Notes: generated from the sequence alone by a model not told the origin. A DNA stretch of 64,000 bases from Eledone cirrhosa (GCA_964016885.1 OZ024749.1:2232001-2296000); one strand, 5' to 3'. Positions 27,126 through 43,039 are shown, numbered from the stretch's first letter. Program-made: numbers and translations.

Positions 27126-29725
27126 CAGGTTCAAGTATTGTATAGTATTGAGCTGAATGTACCTGGGGTGTCAGCCAGGTTCAATTATTGTATAGTATTG
27201 AGCTGAATGTACTTGGGCTGTCAGCCAGGTTCAATTATTGTATAGTATTGAGCTGAATGTACCTGGGGTGTCAGCCAGGTTCAATTATTGTATAGTATTG
27301 AGCTGAATGTACTTGGGGTGTCAGCCAGGTTCAATTATTGTATAGTATTGAGCTGAATGTACCTGGAGTGTCAGCCAGGTTCAATTATTGTATAGTATTG
27401 AGCTGAATGTACTTGGGGTGTCAGCCAGGTTCAATTATTGTATAGTATTGAGCTGAATGTACCTGGGGTGTCAGCCAGGTTCAATTATTGTATAGTATTG
27501 AGCTGAATGTACTTGGGGTGTCAGCCAGGTTCAATTATTGTATAGTATTCAGCTGAATGTACTTGGGGTGTCAGCCAGGTTCAATTATTGTATAGTATTG
27601 AGCTGAATGTACTTGGGGTGTCAGCCAGGTTCAAGTATTGTATAGTATTGAGCTGAATGTACTTGGGGTGTCAGCCAGGTTCAAGTATTGTATAGTATTG
27701 AGCTGAATGTACTTGGGGTGTCAGCCAGGTTCAAGTATTGTATAGTATTGAGCTGAATGTACTTGGGGTGTCAGCCAGGTTCAATTACTGTATAGTATTG
27801 AGCTGAATGTACTTGGGGTGTCAGCCAGGTTCAAGTATTGTATAGTATTGAGCTGAATGTATCTGGGGTGTCAGCCAGGTTCAATTATTGTATAGTATTG
27901 AGCTGAATGTACTTGGGGTGTCAGCCAGGTTCAAGTATTGTATAGTATTGAGCTGAATGTACTTGGGGTGTCAGCCAGGTTCAATTATTGTATAGTATTA
28001 AGCTGAATGTACTTGGGGTGTCAGCCAGGTTCAATTATTGTATAGTATTGAGCTGAATGTACTTGGGGTATCAGCCAGGTTCAATTATTGTATAGTATTG
28101 AGCTGAATGTACCTGGGGTGTCAGCGAGGTTCAATTATTGTATAGTATTGAGCTGAATGTACTTGGGGTGTTAGCCAGGTTCAAGTATTGTATAGTATTG
28201 AGCTGAATGTACCTGGGATGTCAGCCAGGTTCAATTATTGTATAGTATTGAGCTGAATGTACCTGGGGTTTCAGCCAGGTTCAATTATTGTATAGTATTA
28301 AGCTGAATGTACTTGGGGTGTCAGCCAGGTTCAATTATTGTATAGTATTGAGCTGAATGTACCTGGGGTGTCAGCGAGGTTCAATTATTGTATAGTATTG
28401 AGCTGAATGTACTTGGGGTGTCAGCCAGGTTCAATTATTGTATAGTATTGAGCTGAATGTACCTGGGGTGTCAGCCAGGTGAAATTATTGTATAGTATTG
28501 AGCTGAATGTACCTGGGGTGTCAGCCAGGTTCAAGTATTGTATAGTATTGAGTTGAATGTACTTGGGGTGTCAGCCAGGTTCAATTATTGTATAGTATTG
28601 AGCTGAATGTACTTGGGGTGTCAGCCAGGTTCAATTATTGTATAGTATTGAGCTGAATGTACCTGGGGTGTCAGCCAGGTTCAATTATTGTATAGTATTG
28701 AGCTGAATGTACCTGGGGTGTCAGCCAGGTTCAAGTATTGTATAGTATTGAGCTGAATGTACTTGGGGTGTCAGCCAGGTTCAAGTATTGTATAGTATTG
28801 AGTTGAATGTACTTGGGGTGTCAGCCAGGTTCAATTATTGTATAGTATTGAGCTGAATGTACTTGGGGTGTCAGCCAGGTTCAAGTATTGTATAGTATTG
28901 AGCTGAATGTACTTGGGGTGTTAACCAGGTTCAATTATTGTATAGTATTGAGCTGAATGTACCTGGGGTGTCAGCCAGGTGAAATTATTGTATAGTATTG
29001 AGCTGAATGTACCTGGGGTGTCAGCCAGGTTCAAGTATTGTATAGTATTGAGCTGAATGTACTTGGGGTGTCAGCCAGGTTCAAGTATTGTATAGTATTG
29101 AGTTGAATGTACTTGGGGTGTCAGCCAGGTTCAATTATTGTATAGTATTGAGCTGAATGTACTTGGGGTGTCAGCCAGGTTCAAGTATTGTATAGTATTG
29201 AGCTGAATGTACTTGGGGTGTCAGCCAGGTTCAAGTATTGTATAGTATTGAGTTGAATGTACTTGGGGTGTCAGCCAGGTTCAATTATTGTATAGTATTG
29301 AGCTGAATGTACTTGGGGTGTCAGCCAGGTTCAAGTATTGTATAGTATTGAGCTGAATGTACTTGGGGTGTTAACCAGGTTCAATTATTGTATAGTATTG
29401 AGCTGAATGTACCTGGGGTGTCAGCCAGGTGAAATTATTGTATAGTATTGAGCTGAATGTACCTGGGGTGTCAGCCAGGTTCAAGTATTGTATAGTATTG
29501 AGTTGAATGTACTTGGGGTGTCAGCCAGGTTCAATTATTGTATAGTATTGAGCTGAATGTACCTGGGATGTCAGCCAGGTCCAAGTATTGTATAGTATTG
29601 AGTTGAATGTACTTGGGGTGTTAGCCAGGTTCAATTATTGTATAGTATTCAGCTGAATGTACTTGGGGTGTCAGCCAGGTTCAATTATTGTATAGTATTG
29701 AGCTGAATGTACCTGGGGTGTTAGC
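27126..29725. repeat. 50-bp minisatellite CCAGGTTCAA(T/G)TATTGTATAGTATTGAGCTGAATGTAC(T/C)TGGGGTGTCAG, about 52 copies
   Basis: Exact 50-bp period. Confidence 0.98.
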
Positions 29726-30357
29726 AACAGCCGCCTGAAAGATGCATGGGCGACACCATCATAGACAGAGGGACAGCAAGTGGGTGGCTTTCTAGGATAG
29801 CAATGGGACTATATAAACAGATACCATTATAGAGTCTAACGGCTGAAGTAGGAAAGTTACTTATACTTGTATACAAATATACATAGACATATATATTCTA
29901 TATATATATATATATATATACTCATAGATATGAAAATATACTTATATATATAAGTATATTTTCATATCTATGTAAAAACACACACCCACGCATACACACA
30001 CACACTTACACACTCTTACACACACATACACACTTACAGACACACGTACTTACACATGTGGCTGTGCAAGCGTGTTGGCTTATCTCAAGTTTTGATCGAC
30101 ACAAAAATGACCTAAACATCTAAGTATATTTCAGTAACCGTAGAGAGAGGGGGAGAGAGAGGGGAGAGAGTGGGGGGAGAGAGAGAGAGAGAGAGGGGAG
30201 AAGGCAGACAGTCAATCATATCGTCAGAACTATGTCTTAAGACGTCCAGATTTACCTGAGACGTCACTCAAAACAATGACCGACCTCTATTGTCCAATAA
30301 CAGTGTTAAGACGGACACAGATATATTTTTAGAATATTCATCTTAGTCTTATTCATC

Positions 30358-30486
30358 GTTGTGGTCGTAGTAGTAGTAGTAGTACTAATAGTAGTAGTGG
30401 TAATAGTAGTAGTAGTAGTGGTGCTAGTAGTAATAGTGGTGGTAGTAGTAGTGGTAATAGTAGCAGTAGTAGTGGTGGTAGTAGTA

Positions 30487-30523
<37 letters not shown>

Positions 30524-30687
30524 TGGTAGTTGTAGTAGTAGTAGTAGTGGTTGTAGTAGTAGGAGTAGTAGTAGTAGTGGTCGTCGTCGTAGTAGTAGTA
30601 GTAGTAATAGTAGTAGTGGTAATATTAGTAGTAGTAGTGGTGGTAGTAGTAGTGGTAATAGTAGCAGTAGTAGTGGTGGTAGTAGTA

Positions 30688-30731
<44 letters not shown>

Positions 30732-30951
30732 AGTGGTAGTGGTAATAGTAGTTGTAGTAGTAGTAGTAATAGTAGTGGTGGTAGTAGTAGTGGTAATAGT
30801 AGTAGTAGTAGTGGTGGTAGTAATAGTGGTGGTAGCAGTAGTAGTAGTAGTAGTAGTGATAGTAGTAGTAGTAGTAGCAGCATTAGTAGTAGCAACAGTA
30901 GTAGTGGTAGCAGTAATAGTAGAAGTAGTAGTAGTAGTAGTAGCAGTAATA

Positions 30952-30982
<31 letters not shown>

Positions 30983-31042
30983 CAGTAGTAGTAGTAGCAA
31001 CAACAGTAGTAGCAGTGGTAGAAACATTAGTAGTAGTAATAT
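30358..31042. repeat. Imperfect (GTA)n trinucleotide repeat, ~680 bp
   Basis: Direct inspection; gives the spurious poly-T/V/L ORFs. Confidence 0.95.
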
Positions 31043-31099
31043 TGTAAGCCTGTAGTTTATGTAAGTTAATTATATAGATGCCAGCGGGTTGTAAATCAA

Positions 31100-31187
31100 A
31101 GTTGAAATTGGCGGGATTTGAACCGAAATTGCTGTCCAGGGAGGAACACCATCTTTCCATCCACTATTCTAACGATTTGCCAGTCTA
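31100..31187 (-). mobile_element. SINE head remnant
   Basis: Minus strand TGGCAAATCGTTAGA ... GGTTCAAATCCCGCC. Confidence 0.55.
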
Positions 31188-31879
31188 CAAATATTATATA
31201 TATATATATATCAAGTATTATATATATGAAGTATTATATATATATATATATATCAAGTATTATATATATATATATCAAGTATTATATATATGAAGTATTA
31301 TATATATATATATATATCAAGTATTATATATATATATCAAGTATTATATATATATATATATCAAGTATTATATATATATATATATATATATCAAGTATTA
31401 TATATATATATACCAAGTATTATATATATATATATCAAGTATTATATATATATATGAAGTATTATATATATATATATATATATATCAAGTATTATATATA
31501 TATATATATATCAAGTATTATATATATATATCAAGTATTATATATATATATCAAGTATTATATATATATATCAAGCATTATATATATATATATATATATA
31601 TCAAGTATTATATATATATATATCAAGTATTATATATATATATATGAAGTATTATATATATATATATATCAAGTATTATATATATATATATCAAGTATTA
31701 TATATATATATATATCAAGTATTATATATATATATATCAAGTATTATATATATATCAAGTATTATATATATATATCAAGTATTATATATATATGTCAAGT
31801 ATTATATATATATATCAAGTATTATATATATGTATCAAGTATTATATATATATATCAAGTATGATATATATATATCAAT

Positions 31880-31941
<62 letters not shown>

Positions 31942-32568
31942 AGTATTATATATATATATATATATCAAGTTTATATATATATATCAAGTATTATATATAT
32001 ATATCAAGTATTATATATATATCAAGTATTATATATATATATCAAGTATTATATATATATATCAAGTATTATATATATATATATCAAGTATTATATATAT
32101 GTATCAAGTATTATATATATATATCAAGTATTATATATATATATCAAGTATTATATATTTATATACATCCAGTATTATATATATATATATCTCAAGTTTA
32201 TATATATATATATCAAGTATTATATATATATATATATATATATATCAAGTATTATATATATATATATCAAGTATTATATATATATATATATCAAGTATTA
32301 TATATATATATATCAAGTATTATATATATATATATATCAAGTATTATATATATATACATCAAGTATTATATATATATCAAGTATTATATATATATATATA
32401 TCAAATATTATATATATATATATATCAAGTATTATATATATATCAAGTATTATATATATATATCAAGTATTATATATATATATCAAGTATTATATATATA
32501 TATCAAGTATTATATATATGTATCAAGTATTATATATATATATATCAAGTATGATATATATATATATC

Positions 32569-32624
<56 letters not shown>

Positions 32625-33413
32625 AGTATTATATATATATATATCAAGTATTATATATATATCAAGTATTATATATATATATCAAGTATTATATATATAT
32701 ATCAAGTATTATATATATATATCAAATATTATATATATATATCAAGTATTATATATTTATATATATCCAGTATTATATATATATATATCTCAAGTTTATA
32801 TATATATATATCAAGTATTATATATATATATATATCAAGTTTATATATATATATCAAGTATTATATATATATATCAAGTATTATATATATATCAAGTATT
32901 ATATATATATATCAAGTATTATATATATATATCAAGTATTATATATATATATATCAAGTATTATATACATGTATCAAGTATTATATATATATATCAAGTA
33001 TTATATATATATATCAAGTATTATATATTTATATACATCCAGTATTATATATATATATATATCAAGTATTATATATATATCAAGTATTATATATATATAT
33101 ATCAAGTATTATATATATATATATATATATATATATCAAGTATTATATATATATATATCAAGTATTATATATATATATATATATCAAGTATTATATATAT
33201 ATATATATCAAGTATTATATATATATATATATATATCAAGTATTATATATATATATACCAAGTATTATATATATATATATCAAGTATTATATATATATAT
33301 GAAGTATTATATATATATATATCAAGTATTATATATATATATATATATCAAGTATTATATATATATATCAAGTATTATATATATATATCAAGTATTATAT
33401 ATATATATCAAGC

Positions 33414-33452
<39 letters not shown>

Positions 33453-33732
33453 AGTATTATATATATATATATCAAGTATTATATATATATATATCAAGTA
33501 TTATATATATATATATATATATCAAGTATTATATATATATATATCAAGTATTATATATATATATATATCAAGTATTATATATATATATATCAAGTATTAT
33601 ATATATATCAAGTATTATATATATATATCAAGTATTATATATATATGTCAAGTATTATATATATATATCAAGTATTATATATATGTATCAAGTATTATAT
33701 ATATATATCAAGTATGATATATATATATCAAT

Positions 33733-33786
<54 letters not shown>

Positions 33787-36700
33787 AGTATTATATATAT
33801 ATATATCAAGTATTATATATATATATCAAGTATTATATATATATATCAAGTATTATATATATATATCAAGTATTATATATATATATCAAGTATTATATAT
33901 TTATATATATCCAGTATTATATATATATATATATCTCAAGTTTATATATATATATATCAAGTATTATATATATATATATATATCAAGTTTATATATATAT
34001 ATCAAGTATTATATATATATATCAAGTATTATATATATATCAAGTATTATATATATCAAGTATTATATATATATATATCAAGTATTATATATATATATAT
34101 CAAGTATTATATATATGTATCAAGTATTATATATATATATCAAGTATTATATATATATATCAAGTATTATATATATATATATCAAGTATCATATATATAT
34201 ATCAAGTATTATATATATATATATCAAGTATTATATATATATATATCAAGTATTATATATATATATATATCAAGTATTATATATATATATATCAAGTATT
34301 ATATATATATATATCAAGTATTATATATATATCTCAAGTATTATATATATATATCAAGTATTATATATATATATATATCAAGTATTACATATATATATAT
34401 CAAGTATTATATATATATATATCAAGTATTATATATATATATATATCAAGTATTACATATATATATATCAAGTATTATATATATATATATCAAGTATTAT
34501 ATATATATATATATCAAGTATTACATATATATATATATCAAGTATTATATATATATATATATCAAGTATTATATATATATATATCAAGTATTATATATAT
34601 ATATATATCAAGTATTATATATATATATATCAAGTATTATATATATATCAAGTATTATATATATATATCAAGTATTATATATATATATCAAGTATTATAT
34701 ATATATATATCAAGTATTATATATATGTATCAAGTATTATATATATATATCAAGTATTATATATATATATCAAGTATTATATATTTATATACATCCAGTA
34801 TTATATATATATATATCTCAAGTTTATATATATATATATCAAGTATTATATATATATATATATCAAGTATTATATATATATATATATCAAGTATTATATA
34901 TATATATATCAAGTATTATATATATATATATATCAAGTATTATATATATATCAAGTATTATATATATATATCAAGTATTATATATATATATCAAGTATTA
35001 TATATATATATCAAGTATTATATATATGTATCAAGTATTATATATATATATCAAGTATGATATATATATATATCAATTATTATATATATATATATATATA
35101 TATATATCAAGTATTATATATATATATATCAAGTATTATATATATATCAAGTATTATATATATATATCAAGTATTATATATATATATCAAGTATTATATA
35201 TATATATCAAGTATTATATATATATATCAAGTATTATATATTTATATATATCCAGTATTATATATATATATATCTCAAGTTTATATATATATATATCAAG
35301 TATTATATATATATATATATCAAGTTTATATATATATATCAAGTATTATATATATATATCAAGTATTATATATATATCAAGTATTATATATATATATCAA
35401 GTATTATATATATATATCAAGTATTATATATATATATATATCAAGTATTATATACATGTATCAAGTATTATATATATATATCAAGTATTATATATATATA
35501 TCAAGTATTATATATTTATATACATCCAGTATTATATATATATATATCTCAAGTTTATATATATATATATCAAGTATCATATATATATATATCAAGTATT
35601 ATATATATATATATATCAAGTATTATATATATATATATATCAAGTATTATATATATATATATCAAGTATTATATATATATATATATATATCAAGTATTAT
35701 ATATATATATATATATCCAGTATTATATATATATATATCAAGTATTATATATATATATATATATCAAGTATTATATATATATATCAAGTATTATATATAT
35801 ATATATATCAAGTATTATATATATATATATCAAGTATTATATATATATATATCAAGTATTATATATATATCTCAAGTATTATATATATATATATCAAGTA
35901 TTATATATATATATATATATCAAGTATTACATATATATATATCAAGTATTATATATATATATATCAAGTGTTATATATATATATATATCAAGTATTACAT
36001 ATATATATATCAAGTATTATATATATATATATATCAAGTATTATATATATATATATATATCAAGTATTACATATATATATATATCAAGTATTATATATAT
36101 ATATATCAAGTATTATATATATATATATCAAGTATTATATATATATATATATCAAGTATTATATATATATATATCAAGTATTATATATATATCAAGTATT
36201 ATATATATATATCAAGTATTATATATAAATATCAAGTATTATATATATATATATCAAGTATTATATATATGTATCAAGTATTATATATATATATCAAATA
36301 TTATATATATATATCAAGTATTATATATTTATATACATCCAGTATTATATATATATATATCTCAAGTTTATATATATATATATCAAGTATTATATATATA
36401 TATATATCAAGTATTATATATATATATATCAAGTATTATATATATATATATCAAGTATTATATATATATATATCAAGTATTATATATATATATATCAAGT
36501 ATTATATATATATATATATATATCAAGTATTATATATATATATATCAAGTATTATATATATATATATATATATCAAGTATTATATATATATATATATATA
36601 TCAAGTATTATATATATATCAAATATTATATATATATATATATATCAAGTATTATATATATATATCAAGTATTATATATATATATATATCAAGTATTATA

Positions 36701-37123
36701 TATATATCAAGTATTATATATATATATATCAAGTATTATATATATATCTCAAGTATTATATATATATATATCAAGTATTATATATATATATATATCAAGT
36801 ATTACATATATATATATCAAGTATTATATATATATATATCAAGTATTATATATATATATATATCAAGTATTACATATATATATATCAAGTATTATATATA
36901 TATATATATCAAGTATTATATATATATATATCAAGTATTATATATATATATATATCAAGTATTATATATATATATATCAAGTTTTATATATATATCAAGT
37001 ATTATATATATATATATCAAGTATTATATATATATATCAAGTATTATATATATATATCAAGTATTATATATATGTATCAAGTATTATATATATATATCAA
37101 GTATGATATATATATATATTAAT

Positions 37124-37171
<48 letters not shown>

Positions 37172-39189
37172 AGTATTATATATATATATATCAAGTAATA
37201 TTAATATATCAAGTATTATATATATATATATCAAGTTTTATATATATATATCAAGTATTATATATATATATCAAGTATTATATATATATATCAAGTATTA
37301 TATATTTATATATATCCAGTATTATATATATATATATATCTCAAGTTTATATATATATATATCAAGTATTATATATATATATATCAAGTTTATATATATA
37401 TATCAAGTATTATATATATATATCAAGTATTATATATATATATATATCAAGTATTATATATATATATATCAAGTATTACATATATATATATCAAGTATTA
37501 TATATATATATATCAAGTATTATATATATATATATATCAAGTATTACATATATATATATCAAGTATTATATATATATATATCAAGTATTATATATATATA
37601 TATATCAAGTATTACATATATATATATCAAGTATTATATATATATATATCAAGTATTATATATATATATATCAAGTATTATATATATATATATCAAGTAT
37701 CATATATATATATATATCAAGTATTATATATATATATATCAAGTATTATATATATATCAAGTATTATATATATATATCAAGTATTATATATATATATATA
37801 TCAAGTATTACATATATATATATCAAGTATTATATATATATATATCAAGTATTATATATATATATATCAAGTATTATATATATATATATCAAGTATTATA
37901 TATTTATATACATCCAGTATTATATATATATATATCTCAAGTTTATATATATATATATCAAGTATTATATATATATATATATCTAGTATTATATATATAT
38001 ATATCAAGTATTATATATATATCAAGTATTATATATATATATATAATACTTGATATATATATAATACTTGATATATATATATATAATACTAGATATATAT
38101 ATATATATAATACTTGATATATATATATATAAACTTGAGATATATATATATATAATACTGGATGTATATAAATATATAATACTTGATATATATATATATA
38201 ATACTTGATATATATATATATAATACTTGATATATATATATATAATACTTGATATATATATATGTAATACTTGATATATATATATATATAATACTTGATA
38301 TATATATATAATACTTGATATATATATAATACTTGATATATATATATATAATACTTGATATATATATATATATGATACTTGATATATATATATATAATAC
38401 TTGATATATATATATATAATACTTGATATATATATATCAAGTATTATATATATATATATCAAGTATTATATATATATATATATATATCAAGTATTATATA
38501 TATATATATCAAGTATTATATATATATATATCAAGTATTATATATATATATATCAAGTATTATATATATATATATCAAGTATTATATATATATATATCAA
38601 GTATTATATATATATATATCAAGTATTATATATATATATATATATCAAGTATTATATATATATATCAAGTATTATATATATATATATATCAAGTATTATA
38701 TATATATATATCAAGTATTATATATATATATATCAAGTATTATATATATATCTCAAGTATTATATATATATATATCAAGTATTATATATATATATATATC
38801 AAGTATTACATATATATATATCAATTATTATATATATATATATCAAGTATTATATATATATATATATCAAGTATTACATATATATATATCAAGTATTATA
38901 TATATATATATCAAGTATTATATATATATATATATCAAGTATTACATATATATATATCAAGTATTATATATATATATCAAGTATTATATATATATATATC
39001 AAGTATTATATATATATATATATCAAGTATTATATATATATATATCAAGTATTATATATATATCAAGTATTATATATATATATCAAGTATTATATATATA
39101 TATCAAGTATTATATATATATATCAAGTATTACATATATGTATCAAGTATTATATATATATATCAAGTATGATATATATATATATCAAT

Positions 39190-39259
<70 letters not shown>

Positions 39260-41485
39260 AGTATTATATATATATATATCAAGTATTATATATATATCAA
39301 GTATTATATATATATATCAAGTATTATATATATATATCAAGTATTATATATATATATCAAGTATTATATATTTATATATATCCAGTATTATATATATATA
39401 TATATCTCAAGTTTATATATATATATCAAGTATTATATATATATATCAAGTTTATATATATATATCAAGTATTATATATATATATCAAGTATTATATATA
39501 TATCAAGTATTATATATATATATCAAGTATTATATATATATATCAAGTATTATATATATATATATCAAGTATTATATATATGTATCAAGTATTATATATA
39601 TATATCAAGTATTATATATATATATATCAAGTATTATATATTTATATACATCCAGTATTATATATATATATATCTCAAGTTTATATATATATCAAGTATT
39701 ATATATATATATATATATATATATCAAGTATTATATATATATCAAGTATTATATATATATATATATCAAGTATTATATATATATATATCAAGTATTATAT
39801 ATATATATATCAAGTATTATATATATATCAAGTATTATATATATATATATATATCAAGTATTATATATATATATATCAAGATTTATATATATATATATAT
39901 CAAGTATTATATATATATATATCAAGTATTATATATATATATATATATCAAGTATTATATATAATTATCAAGTATTATATATATATATATATCAAGTATT
40001 ATATATATATATATATATCAAGTATTATATATATATATATCAAGTATTATATATATATCTCAAGTATTATATATATATATATCAAGTATTATATATATAT
40101 ATATATATCAAGTATTACATATATATATATCAAGCATTATATATATATATATCAAGTATTATGTATATATATATATATATCAAGTATTACATATATATAT
40201 ATCAAGTATTATATATATATATATCAAGTATTACATATATATATATCAAGTATTACATATATATATATCAAGTATTATATATATATATCAAGTATTATAT
40301 ATATATCAAGTATTATATATATATATATCAAGTATTATATATATATCTCAAGTATTATATATATATCTCAAGTATTATATATATATCAAGTATTATATAT
40401 ATATATATCAAGCATTTGGCAGTATCGGTAGAGGGTTGGACGCCATGCTTTGACGCATAGAGTTACGGCCCTTGCAATTCCGAGTTCAAATCCCGCCGAG
40501 GTTAACTTTGCCTTTCATCCTTATGGGGTCGATAAAATAAAGTACCAGTAATGTACTGGATAATTGCTGGCCTTGTGCCAAAAGTAGAAACAATTATATA
40601 TATATATATTTACGATCTGAGTTCAAATCCCACCGAGGTTGACTTTGCCTTTCATCCTTACGGGGTCGATAAAATAAAGTGCCAGTAATGCACTGGGTAA
40701 TTGCTGGCCTTGTGCCTAAAGTAGAAACAATTATATATATATATCAAGTATTATATATATATCTCAAGTATTATATATATATATCAAGTATTATATATAT
40801 ATCTCAAGTATTATATATATATATCAAGTATTATATACATATCTCAAGTATTATATATATATCTCAAGTATTATATATATATATATTAAGTATTATATAT
40901 ATATATCAAGTATTATATATATATCAAGTATTATATATATATATCAAGTATTATATATATCAAGTATTATATATATATCAAGTATTATATATATATCAAG
41001 TATTATATGTGGATTGGCAGTATTGGTAGAGGGCTGGGCACCATGCTTTGACGCATAGAGTTACGGTCCTTGCCATTCTGAGTTCAAATCCCGCCGAGGT
41101 TAACTTTGCCTTTCATCCTTACCGGGTCGATAAAATAAAGTACCAGTAATGTACTGGTTTATTTGGTTGCCTTGTATATATATATCAAGTATTATATATA
41201 TATCAAGTATTATATATAATACGGTATAGCGAGGGACGCCATGCTTTCCAGCATAGTTCCGTCCATTTACGGTCTGAGTTCAAATCCCGTCGAGGTTAAC
41301 TTTGCCTTTCATCCTTACCGGGTCGATAAAATAAAGTACCAGTAATCAACTGGGTAATTGCTGGCCTTGTGCCAAAAGTAGAAACAATTATATATAATAC
41401 AAATATTATATATATATCAAGTATTATATATATATCTTAAGTATTATATATATATCTTAAGTATTATATATATATCAAGTATTAT
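31188..41485. repeat. ~10-kb compound satellite [CAAGTAT(TA)n], variable unit length, with higher-order blocks and an inverted segment
   Basis: Hundreds of CAAGTAT motifs separated by variable TA runs; continuous to 40415, then interleaved with SINEs. Confidence 0.97.
40417..41390 (+). mobile_element. Cluster of four co-oriented SINE copies (40417-40596, 40608-40733, 41010-41175, 41221-41390)
   Basis: Each carries GAGTTCAAATCCC..GAGGTT.ACTTTGCCTTTCATCCTTA. Confidence 0.88.
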
Positions 41486-41778
41486 AATTTACTTTCTTAT
41501 CTGAAACCGCGGTCATTTATGTAAGCAGATTTATGTTTTCGTTTAAACGTGTTTTTTTGCTTACTATGTTATGTTTTAATATACTGTATATACATAAATA
41601 TCATTTTTGTAAATGAAGCTCTGATAATTTCATTTTTAGCCCTCATATTCACTGAGCAATTTATGGTGTTACATGGCTGGAATAATTTATTTTGATCTAT
41701 ATTTCTTTGTTTATGATATACATATATATTAGAAAAGGTAAGTGAGGTTCTATACAAAGCAGTGGATATAGAGAAAAG

Positions 41779-42270
41779 ATGAAGTTTGAAATAGCACGGG
41801 AGATATATCAAAGTGACATTATTAAAAAGATAGTGTTATTAAAAAGATAATGTTATTAAAAGAGAGGGACAATTCTATTTTTTTTAATTTTTCATGAAGT
41901 ATATAAAGTATTTGAGAAAATTACCCGTTTCGATGTATTAAGATCCATCTTGTCAAATTCAGTGAAAAAAAGTTAGCTAAAAGGAGTTGGTAGAAGTAAA
42001 GAAAGGTTTAAAATCAAAATCGAATTTGATTTTAATTTTAAACCTTTCTTTACTTCTACCAACTCCTTTTAGCTAACTTTTTTTCACTGAATTTGACAAG
42101 ATGGATCTTAATACATCGAAACGGGTAATTTTCTCAAATACTTTATATACTTCATGAAAAATTAAAAAAAATAGAATTGTCCCTCTCTTTTAATAACATT
42201 ATCTTTTTAATAACACTATCTTTTTAATAATGTCACTTTGATATATCTCCCGTGCTATTTCTAACTTCAT
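41779..42270. mobile_element. ~490-bp near-perfect palindrome (PLE-like terminus)
   Basis: Arms of ~235 bp are reverse complements; centre ~42012-42036. Confidence 0.85.
42089..42131 (+). ncRNA. Hammerhead-like motif with U3-A8 core variant (mirror copy on the minus strand at ~41918-41960)
   Basis: GAAT-TTGACAA-GATG gatcttaata CATC-GAAA-c gg g-TA-ATTT. Confidence 0.5.
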
Positions 42271-42481
42271 ATTTTATAGATATATATATATATATTAAGA
42301 GTTACGTATTTCCGTAGAAAGGATAAAGAAAGAAGAGTGCTCTGTGTATAGTACAGAGCTATTTAATTACATAATAAAAAACACAATATAATTATTCCGT
42401 TACCAAATATTTCAAGAAGCTAGACGATTCTCACAAAAACGTCCTTGGTAATGGAATAATCATATTGTGTTGTTTATAATG

Positions 42482-42554
<73 letters not shown>

Positions 42555-42557
<3 letters not shown>

Positions 42558-43039
42558 TTATTAAAATAACAGATTAAAGTTTAAGCAAAGAATCGCTGCT
42601 TTCACCCATAACGGGATATTCTGAAACTAGCAAAGTCAATCTGTAAATGCAGAAGTGGATATTTAAAAAAACGTTGCAACCGGAGGAAGACAGGAAGACG
42701 ATACTTTGGTTCGTGGAAACGTTCCCTGGCAAAGAACGGGAAAAACGAATATAATACGTCATTAATAGGAGCGGTGAAAAACAATTACGCGCAAAGACAG
42801 AACCACGTTTATGGTATAAAAGAGGTAGTAGACTAATGTTCTCTTAGGTGGTGCATAGAGACGTTCTCTGGCAAAGAACGAAAAAAACGAAGATAATACG
42901 TCATATGTCGAATGTGGAGAACAATTGTATGCAAAGACAAAACCACGTAAATGGTATAGCAGAAGTCGCAGACTAAAATTCTAACTAGGTGACCGAATGA
43001 ATGTCCGCTTCAGAGTTAAGAACAAAGTAAATAAATTAT

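Noticed and set aside
17831-29725. 31-, 52- and 50-bp arrays as CRISPR arrays
   Set aside because: Head-to-tail repeats with no unique spacers, no cas genes, eukaryotic context
30306-31160. Mucin-like poly-Thr ORF (also 15979-16311)
   Set aside because: (GTA)n/(ACT)n microsatellite open in several frames; no signal peptide or splice evidence; the 16.1-16.3 kb tract is probably a SINE tail
31118-40460. Very long ORFs (up to 1409 aa) rich in Y/I/S/Q/K
   Set aside because: Translation of the CAAGTAT(TA)n satellite, which lacks stops in all plus frames by composition
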